Of a stretch of DNA of 64,000 bases, positions 57,380-64,000 are shown in pieces (the first letter of the stretch is position 1; the number at the start of each line of letters is the position of its first letter). The notes under the pieces were generated by a model. That model did no database searches. It was not told where the DNA came from and saw nothing but the letters and a program-made list of their open reading frames with translations. The position numbers and the translations under genes are program-made. The DNA is from a bacterium (GTDB lineage Bacteria; UBA10199; 2-02-FULL-50-16; JAJFLM01): contig CBDCFN010000016.1 of assembly GCA_965216315.1 (NCBI GenBank), positions 1,312,001-1,376,000 on the forward strand, written 5' to 3'.

Positions 57380-60300
57380 ATGAAATCAGGCGCATATAAA
57401 TTTTGGACTCGTTGCTTAACATTTGCGGGTCTCGCCGGGATCTTATTAATCGGGGCGTCCGCTGATTCTCTCTTCGCGCAGGCCGCGAAACCGGCGGAGC
57501 CGGCTTTTTTTCAACCCCATCCTCTCTATGAAAATGCCCGCCCCAATGGTTGGCCGGCGGCGATTCCAAATGTGGATACCAATAGCTATCCCTGCACGAC
57601 GGGAACGGTTAAGTCGGCGCCATACAACTACGACTCACACTGTAACGACTATTTCCTGGCCTACGATCAAGGGCCGATGCTCTCCGGGATCCAAAATACC
57701 AATCCACACCAGATCATCATGCGCCCGATGATGTACTGGCCGCTCTGTCCGCTCGATGTCTACATCGACGCGGGAGAGGGGATGGCCGGCGACAAGTTTG
57801 GCTTAGGCTGGCTCTTTGACGGTAAGTATTCTTATTCCGGTTGCTGGGGCCTTTATGATGCGATCACCGCGCCTTACGTCGACCGCACGAATAATCCCGA
57901 GAACTATCTGCTGAGCAATACCGTTGCCGACGCCTACGGTGACGGCACGGATAGCGTCTCTCCGTTCTTCGATGCAGACAACGCCCACAACCCCGTCAGC
58001 CTTGCTTTTGAAAACGACAAGATCATTCCCGAAGGGGAGGGGCTGTTGCCGATCAGCACAACGACGGGCTACTTCGTCCGCAAAAACATCATGGACATGG
58101 CGGCCGGCGATGTCTCGATCAAGCTGGGTTCCATGTTTGATGTCGCGACCCTCCTGCGCGGGGCCGATGGGAACAGCGAAGGCTACGTCAGCTTTCTTCA
58201 TCATACGGGCCTCAAAGAATCCTATACCTGTCACCAGACCGCCTTCGATCCCTGTGGCTCGCCGTGTAAAGACGACCCTTACGAAAATGCAGCCGCCTGC
58301 CAAGCCTGCATCTCGGGCGATGCGACCAAGGCCCAACAGGTTTCGGACAACTTGGAGGCCTGCACCAAGACTTATGAGTACGGCTCCGATGCCGCCTATA
58401 AGGACATCATGCTCGAGGGGACCAAGAACCCCGTCTTCATTCTCGGGCTGCCCTTATCGAGCGGTGTCCGGCGCGACGCAAACGGAGAACTGGCCCCGGT
58501 TGGCCATATCAAGGTGCCGCCCTTTGATGGTAGATTGGCCATCGGTGTGAAGGTGGGCGAGGCAGCGCCGGCGCCGGCAGAAGAAGTGGGCCCCCCGGCT
58601 GAAGAGGCGGGCGACGAAGCCCCCGCGGAAGCAGCCGATGAGGTCGCCGCACCCGCTGCGGGTAACGTCGGTAACATTAAAGACTTTGTCGCCCGCAAAC
58701 TGAACATTCCTCCCCGTTTCTTCGTCGCCGACCGCTTTGGCATGGACTGCTTCGGCCGCGACAGTAGCGGCGGCACTGAGACCCGTTTTATCCGCTACCG
58801 CAATCCGACGATCAATGCGGTGGGTGACATTATCGATACGGCCAACGATGCCGATGCCATTCCCGACTTGGAGGACACGCAGGGTATCGTCGCATACAAG
58901 ACCGATGGTGCCCCCGCTATCAACTTAAATACGACCCTGCCGGCGCCGCCGGAAACCAAGCGTTGCGGATCGCTGATCTTCTACACGACGGGAAAGGATG
59001 GAGCCGGCAACCCCACCGTCAATCCGGTCAAGAAGGATAATAAGATCTATCGCATCCCCGTAGGTTACAACCCAGTGATGTGTGAATACGGCCATGACCT
59101 GACCGGCGATACCGGTCCCGATATCATCTGCACCAATGCCGGCTCACCGACCGAGAATATCGCCGGCTCGATCACGGTCGTCAGCTGTCCGATGAACGCC
59201 AAGCAACATCCGGATCCAACCGGTGATGACCCTTATTACTCTTTAGATGATGCCGGCAACATCAAACACGATCCACTCTGTCAGAAGGGCTGGGTCGTTC
59301 ACGACTTCCCGATCAAGGCCGATGCCCCCGTCTACCATCCTTGGTGGCTGACGACGGCCGTCATGAAAGGCAAGAAATCCCTGAACCCGTCACCGGACAA
59401 GGGTGATCAGTTGAAAAAGGCCTTCGAGAATGCCGCCCGCAATCCGGAGGACTTTGCGGTCACTTACCTGGACGCCTATCAATCCGGGAGTTTCTCCGTT
59501 CACCTGAGCCAGTCGGACGGCGTCGCTCCGGCCAAGAAATTCGCGAATGACCCGAGTTTTGACGTGAATTATATCGATACCGAACCCTTGAGTACGATCG
59601 GGGCACCGCCGCTCGTCGAGCCCATTGTCACGGGCAAAGCCAATTTCCCGCTCGGCATCACGAGCGGCCACTTCGGCAACGTCTCTTACGAAGGTAAGGG
59701 GGCCCTGGGAGCCAACGCGATCATGAATGATTTCTACGCCCATGAGTTCATCTATGGCGGCTACCAAGTGACAATCGATCCCGATGATAACGAAGTCACG
59801 CCTTGTGTTGATCTCGTCATTGGTTTCAACAACGGACGCAAGTCCTGCGTGTTCCGCAACCTGACCGAAGAGACGGGCACTCATAACGTTAAGAAATGTA
59901 CCGGTAAATTCGCAATGCCGGACAAACGCATCGACTGTTCCGATACCTCGACGACCGTCTACAACCAGACGACGGATGACAACGGTAACGGCAACTGGGG
60001 CGATAAATATATCGCTCCGACGCGGCTCGATCTGCTCCAGTTTCAAATCCCCGATAAATCGAATGAAAAAATCTGGAGCTATATGTTCCGCTTGCCGATC
60101 TCGATCAACACGGCAACAGAACGCTCCTACAAGACCGATCTGCTCGGTAATAATTTCATGCCGCGTTTCTATCACGGCGGCCCGGAGATCGATGGCCGTG
60201 TCTTTGACATCCAGATAGACGTCAGTCCGGATCAGGCAGCGCTGAATGGGCCGATTAACTATCTGCCCGACCAACGCGTCTTCGGACCGAACGGCGTGAC

Positions 60301-62131
60301 CGAACTCCAAACCTCGCACCCGCACGTCGATGCCTGTGTGACGCCGAGCTATGAGATGGCGGCGATGATCACGGACACCAAGAATTTCGGTAAAGCCGAT
60401 CTGGAAGGCGGCCTGGTAGAAAACGGCACTTGGTGGACCGGCGACGATACCCCCGCCAAGCACCGTTGTTATCAGCGCCATATGATGCAGGGCGTGGATA
60501 TCACCGCCGATACCTATTACGGCACCGTACCGGCAGCCTGCTGCTTGATGCTGGAAGAACCGGCCAGCCCGGACTACGTCGGCTGGGACAAGATTCTAGC
60601 GACCAAAGAGGCTCAATGCCCCGGTGCAGACCCGATGACATGCTGCGTGAAGCAGAATCTCTTTCCGTTTAATCCGACTCCGGTGACGATCGACTGGAAC
60701 ACGCTGGACGTCAACGGCGCGACCTATGTCGGCGAAGATGCCGCGGCCTGTGATTGTGAGGGCGACCTGCTCGTGAAATACAACGCGGTGCTCGCGCAAC
60801 TCGCGGCGGCTGACTGTGTTGCCAATCCGGTCCTTTGTCAGACCCTGACGAACGATCTTTTATCACTGCAACAAGATCTCTGTGAGTGTAACCCGGTCTT
60901 CCCGTGGTGTGACGACGACGATCCGGATTGTTCGGCCATCGCGGACCCACAAGTCCAGGATTGTTGTGAGGACTGGGTCGCGGCCCATCCGGGCGAAGAT
61001 ATCTGGCCTGGTTTCGTCATCGCGCTGGCGGCGGGTGAAACGGCCTGCACGCCACCGGATGGTGATGGCGATCCCTGTGAAGATCCCTGGGGCAACCCGA
61101 TTCCGAACGTCCCGCTGCCATTCTACGACTGCTGCATGAGTGGCAATTGGGATGCCTGTGATCCGGGCGATGATGACGGGCCCTGTGAAGGTCTGCCGCA
61201 ACCGTGGAAGGATTGCTGTCTGGCCAATGACTGGAGCGCCTGTGAAGGCGACGGCGGTGGCGACCCCGGTGGTGGTGACGAATTCTGCGCGGAATGGATG
61301 CAGCAAAACATCACTGGTGATGACAATGACTGCAACATACAATGCTGCATCCAGATCATCAATAACGGCGGCACCCTTGATCTGAGTGGCGCGGACATCT
61401 GTACCTGCAATGATCCTGGCGGCCTCTGCGAGCAGTTCCCGAATGCACCGGAGTGTCAACCACCGACACCGGACGACTCACCGGCACCGCTCTCCGATCT
61501 CTGTGAAGGGGTCCTGGAGCTGGTTCCGGATAAGCCGGAAAAACCGCGCAAGATCGACGGTAAGGAGGTCGTCACTTTCTACCGGGCCTCGAATGCGGAC
61601 TTCAAGATCAATCTGGGCGCCAATAACGGCCAATTGCTGAAGACGCTCAAGATCGTCGGTCCCGAGGAGAATGCCATGTCCGCGCTGGCTTCTTTTGAGC
61701 CCAACGTCACCATTGAACAAGTCATGGGGACGATGCCTGAGATCACGGTCAAACAAGGACCGGACACGGTGGGCATCTCCTCCGTCAAGGATACGCCGAT
61801 CACGTCGCCGAGCACGATCCTGACCGGTAAATTCCAGGCGGCGGAACCTAATGTCCTCAGGATGACTTGGTCGCTCGCCTGCGAAAAAGACGATCCGAAA
61901 GAGTACTGTAAACACGATGAACCTCACGAGTGGAAGGCGCTCATTACGGCGAACGGACAGACTGCCGAATGTAAGCTACAAGCAATGCGGGCCGGCGGGC
62001 TCCACGGCGGCGCCTGCAGTCTGAACCGCGCCAGCAGTGTCACGGAGACATCACCTTGGGCGGCCGCCATGCTGTTCTTGGTCGGGCTTCCATTGATGCT
62101 GCTACGGAGGAGGTTCGTCCGTAACCGTTAA
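57380..62131 (+). CDS. Large Cys/Asp/Pro-rich surface protein with C-terminal GGxCSL-TM-Arg sorting signal
   Basis: GGGAGG RBS; signal peptide; FG-GAP-like segments; DCC-containing repeats; ends GGACSL..WAAAMLFLVGLPLMLLRRRFVRNR. Confidence 0.8.
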   Translation: MKSGAYKFWTRCLTFAGLAGILLIGASADSLFAQAAKPAEPAFFQPHPLYENARPNGWPAAIPNVDTNSYPCTTGTVKSAPYNYDSHCNDYFLAYDQGPMLSGIQNTNPHQIIMRPMMYWPLCPLDVYIDAGEGMAGDKFGLGWLFDGKYSYSGCWGLYDAITAPYVDRTNNPENYLLSNTVADAYGDGTDSVSPFFDADNAHNPVSLAFENDKIIPEGEGLLPISTTTGYFVRKNIMDMAAGDVSIKLGSMFDVATLLRGADGNSEGYVSFLHHTGLKESYTCHQTAFDPCGSPCKDDPYENAAACQACISGDATKAQQVSDNLEACTKTYEYGSDAAYKDIMLEGTKNPVFILGLPLSSGVRRDANGELAPVGHIKVPPFDGRLAIGVKVGEAAPAPAEEVGPPAEEAGDEAPAEAADEVAAPAAGNVGNIKDFVARKLNIPPRFFVADRFGMDCFGRDSSGGTETRFIRYRNPTINAVGDIIDTANDADAIPDLEDTQGIVAYKTDGAPAINLNTTLPAPPETKRCGSLIFYTTGKDGAGNPTVNPVKKDNKIYRIPVGYNPVMCEYGHDLTGDTGPDIICTNAGSPTENIAGSITVVSCPMNAKQHPDPTGDDPYYSLDDAGNIKHDPLCQKGWVVHDFPIKADAPVYHPWWLTTAVMKGKKSLNPSPDKGDQLKKAFENAARNPEDFAVTYLDAYQSGSFSVHLSQSDGVAPAKKFANDPSFDVNYIDTEPLSTIGAPPLVEPIVTGKANFPLGITSGHFGNVSYEGKGALGANAIMNDFYAHEFIYGGYQVTIDPDDNEVTPCVDLVIGFNNGRKSCVFRNLTEETGTHNVKKCTGKFAMPDKRIDCSDTSTTVYNQTTDDNGNGNWGDKYIAPTRLDLLQFQIPDKSNEKIWSYMFRLPISINTATERSYKTDLLGNNFMPRFYHGGPEIDGRVFDIQIDVSPDQAALNGPINYLPDQRVFGPNGVTELQTSHPHVDACVTPSYEMAAMITDTKNFGKADLEGGLVENGTWWTGDDTPAKHRCYQRHMMQGVDITADTYYGTVPAACCLMLEEPASPDYVGWDKILATKEAQCPGADPMTCCVKQNLFPFNPTPVTIDWNTLDVNGATYVGEDAAACDCEGDLLVKYNAVLAQLAAADCVANPVLCQTLTNDLLSLQQDLCECNPVFPWCDDDDPDCSAIADPQVQDCCEDWVAAHPGEDIWPGFVIALAAGETACTPPDGDGDPCEDPWGNPIPNVPLPFYDCCMSGNWDACDPGDDDGPCEGLPQPWKDCCLANDWSACEGDGGGDPGGGDEFCAEWMQQNITGDDNDCNIQCCIQIINNGGTLDLSGADICTCNDPGGLCEQFPNAPECQPPTPDDSPAPLSDLCEGVLELVPDKPEKPRKIDGKEVVTFYRASNADFKINLGANNGQLLKTLKIVGPEENAMSALASFEPNVTIEQVMGTMPEITVKQGPDTVGISSVKDTPITSPSTILTGKFQAAEPNVLRMTWSLACEKDDPKEYCKHDEPHEWKALITANGQTAECKLQAMRAGGLHGGACSLNRASSVTETSPWAAAMLFLVGLPLMLLRRRFVRNR

Positions 62132-62202
62132 ATTTGATCCCAAAATCTCCCGTAAGGCAGCTCATCCTTCCTTACCGGGAGTAACCCTAAATCCCTAAGG
62201 GT

Positions 62203-62236
62203 AAACGGCCTGCCGATTGGCAGGCCGTTTGTTTTT
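62203..62236 (+). terminator. Rho-independent terminator
   Basis: AAACGGCCTGCC-gatt-GGCAGGCCGTTT-GTTTTT. Confidence 0.85.
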
Positions 62237-62241
62237 GAGGA

Positions 62242-62493
62242 TTATTTATTAACAAGTAGTCCAGAAATAGAAATGTCTTCATCAAGATCTTCCCAGCGGA
62301 TTCCAACACCATTGCCGATAAGCCGCCAGTTATTGCGCTGAAGAGATGTTGCCGCAGATAACTTTGGGAACCACGCTAGAGGCACACTGATCTCCCTGCC
62401 ATCGGAGAGTTCCACATGCAGCATTGTTTCGTCGCACCGGATGTTTGTAGCCGCCACAGGCCCCAAGGTATTACCTCCGATTGAAGTACTCAT
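62242..62493 (-). CDS. DUF2442 protein
   Basis: LHVELSDGREISVPLAWFPKL..W..IG.G.GIRWEDLDEDISI. Confidence 0.9.
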   Translation of the reverse strand: MSTSIGGNTLGPVAATNIRCDETMLHVELSDGREISVPLAWFPKLSAATSLQRNNWRLIGNGVGIRWEDLDEDISISGLLVNK

Positions 62494-62710
62494 ACCAAGC
62501 TTTCTTAAATATTGCCTTATGCTCAATAACTATCTTTTGCAAACGGTTTAACTCCTTGTGATTATATCCAACGGAATTTGCCAATACAACGGGATCAAAC
62601 CAGAATTTTGCGTATTTACCGGCGCTCTCAACATGAATATGCGCAGGCTCTTGGCCCTCATTACTGAAAAAGAAAAAGCGATACGCATCTCGACGTAAGA
62701 CGGTTGGCAT
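62471..62710 (-). CDS. DUF4160 protein
   Basis: MPTVLR..YRFFFFSNE..EPAHIHV..AKFW..W.EYF. Confidence 0.9.
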   Translation of the reverse strand: MPTVLRRDAYRFFFFSNEGQEPAHIHVESAGKYAKFWFDPVVLANSVGYNHKELNRLQKIVIEHKAIFKKAWYEYFNRR

Positions 62711-62712
62711 AA

Positions 62713-63837
62713 CTAATTTTGTCTCAACGTCTCTTTGAGTCCATTCCAGCTGTCGTTGACCCAACCCCAGGACTGCTGACCAAGTTCTTTAATCGTGTTG
62801 TAGGCAGTATTACCAAGCGCATACCCCCTAATGGCGGCTGCCGAAACTTGCGAGAGCAAGGGGCCCAACCCTGGAATGGCATTCAGAGCCAAAGGTGCCA
62901 TCCAACGCCAGTTATCTTGGAGAAAGTTTCCTACTTTGCGAATGCCACGCTGAATCGTCCGCCAAGGGTTGCGAAAGAAATCCCGCGTCCATTCAACCGT
63001 TTTTTTAATGAGCCGGAGTGGACGCGAGGCAAGCTCAATGACCTTATTGACGGCCTCAAGAAGAGGGGAGACCAAGGCACGAATGCCGGGGACGCGACCT
63101 AACAGACCAATAGGGGACCAGGCCACCACCGTCTTTAAAAAAGAACCCAGCTTTTTAAATGCACTTCCAATCGCCCCAAACGTTCGCTTGATACAACTCT
63201 TGCCGCCATAAAGACCGCCTAAGAGGGAACGGTGGGCCTCTAATTGCTCGACATAGGGCTTAAATGTATTTTCTATCTCCTGGATCTCGGCTTGCAATTC
63301 TAATGCCGCTGGACTCCCTTTGCCCTGTGTCTGTTCAACGACTTTAAGCTCATCTTGAAGGTTTGCCAGCAAAGACTTCCGATAGCTTTCGATCTCTTGT
63401 TTAGATGCCTTGTAGATCTTCTCTAAACGACCGGTGAAGAGTTCACGCATTTCCTTTCGACTCAGACCTGACTCCTTACGCAGGACTTCGATCCTGTCTT
63501 TTTTTTCCGTTTTAGAAAGCGACGTATCCTTGAGTATCTCCAATAGGTCCTGCGTGATTTTTTTGAAGTCTAACGGGGGGAGTCCCTTTTGTTGGCGTTT
63601 TTCATTGACCTTATTGAGGCGCTCTTGCGTCTTCGGCCCAATTTCAAAGACCTTAGCGAGCAGGCGTTGTCCATGTTGCTTGATGTAGACCAACGCGCTG
63701 CCCGCATCGGCCTTGAAGGTCGGGAGCATGACAGCCTCTTGATGAAACTTTGTTTGCAGCAGGGGAGGGAGCTCGTGGAACTGCCCCGTCAACAGAGATT
63801 CGTACTGGAGTGACGGGCCTGGAGTTCCAATGTCCAT
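62713..63837 (-). CDS. Hypothetical protein: coiled-coil N-half, amphipathic/hydrophobic C-half
   Basis: 374-aa ORF directly behind a sigma-54 promoter; stop codon 2 nt before the DUF4160 start. Confidence 0.7.
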   Translation of the reverse strand: MDIGTPGPSLQYESLLTGQFHELPPLLQTKFHQEAVMLPTFKADAGSALVYIKQHGQRLLAKVFEIGPKTQERLNKVNEKRQQKGLPPLDFKKITQDLLEILKDTSLSKTEKKDRIEVLRKESGLSRKEMRELFTGRLEKIYKASKQEIESYRKSLLANLQDELKVVEQTQGKGSPAALELQAEIQEIENTFKPYVEQLEAHRSLLGGLYGGKSCIKRTFGAIGSAFKKLGSFLKTVVAWSPIGLLGRVPGIRALVSPLLEAVNKVIELASRPLRLIKKTVEWTRDFFRNPWRTIQRGIRKVGNFLQDNWRWMAPLALNAIPGLGPLLSQVSAAAIRGYALGNTAYNTIKELGQQSWGWVNDSWNGLKETLRQN

Positions 63838-63849
63838 GGTGACCTGAAC

Positions 63850-63866
63850 TGCAAGCAGGGTGCCAA
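63850..63866 (-). promoter_or_regulatory. Sigma-54 -24/-12 promoter
   Basis: Reverse complement TTGGCACCCTGCTTGCA, 12 nt before ATG 63837. Confidence 0.78.
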
Positions 63867-63881
63867 CGCAGGGGGGAGTCG

Positions 63882-63894
63882 TAATCCGTTGATA
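63882..63894 (-). promoter_or_regulatory. IHF consensus site
   Basis: Reverse complement TATCAACGGATTA fits WATCAANNNNTTR, just upstream of the sigma-54 promoter. Confidence 0.6.
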
Positions 63895-63918
63895 TTTAGC
63901 GGTTTACGGCTACCACCC

Positions 63919-63944
63919 GTAGGGGAGACCTGCCGGTCGCCCCT
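63919..63944. repeat. GTAG-type REP palindrome (family C), degenerate
   Basis: GTAGGGGAGACC-tgcc-GGTCGCCCCT. Confidence 0.6.
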
Positions 63945-64000
63945 CCATAACATTGCAAATTGAGACAGCCGCATCCCATTTTGAAACCACTTGCAATTTC

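Noticed and set aside
59390..60481. 363-aa antisense ORF and similar shadows (57803-58336, 60863-61459, 25949-26518, 8995-9654, 2668-3276)
   Set aside because: They lie opposite well-supported genes, have no recognisable motifs, and are expected from codon bias.
57380..62131. Multiheme cytochrome interpretation of the Cys-rich protein
   Set aside because: No CxxCH motifs found; the cysteines occur as CC pairs and spaced singles.
1..64000. Transposase, integrase, prophage, rRNA or known defence operon
   Set aside because: No such motifs recognised in any ORF; any mobiliser of the repeats must be encoded elsewhere.

Overview
This is a bacterial chromosomal segment with deltaproteobacterial-type gene content and order (inference; lineage not determinable here). 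About 0-10 kb is accessory: the 3' part of a giant protein (open past the left edge) ending in FHA-like, kinase and minimal nucleotidyltransferase domains, a convergent metallophosphoesterase and two surface lipoproteins. About 10-18 kb holds mixed genes (DUF309, EEP, PuuD-like, phhB, acyltransferase, tRNA-Lys, fumC, efp, DnaJ-class). About 18-35 kb is a TRAP-T (TatT/DctPQM) transporter linked to acyl-CoA and leucine catabolism (thiolase, crotonases, ACAD, B12-binding subunit, liuBCDE, acyl-CoA synthetase). About 35-57 kb is housekeeping (mnmA, mtaB, rnc, era, amidase, glnD, miaB, tilS, ftsH, folP, glmM, pdxJ, nnr, tsaE, lysC, cimA). About 57-64 kb has a 1583-aa Cys-rich surface protein, a DUF4160/DUF2442 pair and an orphan. 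Most notable: three families of short palindromic repeats that sit in-frame inside four conserved genes (mtaB, miaB, amidase, acyl-CoA synthetase), two of the families also having intergenic copies. Also notable: the giant multi-enzyme effector-like protein beside a phosphoesterase, three sigma-54 promoters on accessory genes, a shared CAACT-N13-GCCGA promoter-like motif, and a 24-bp tRNA 3'-end duplication. All calls come from reading motifs by eye; no searches were run.
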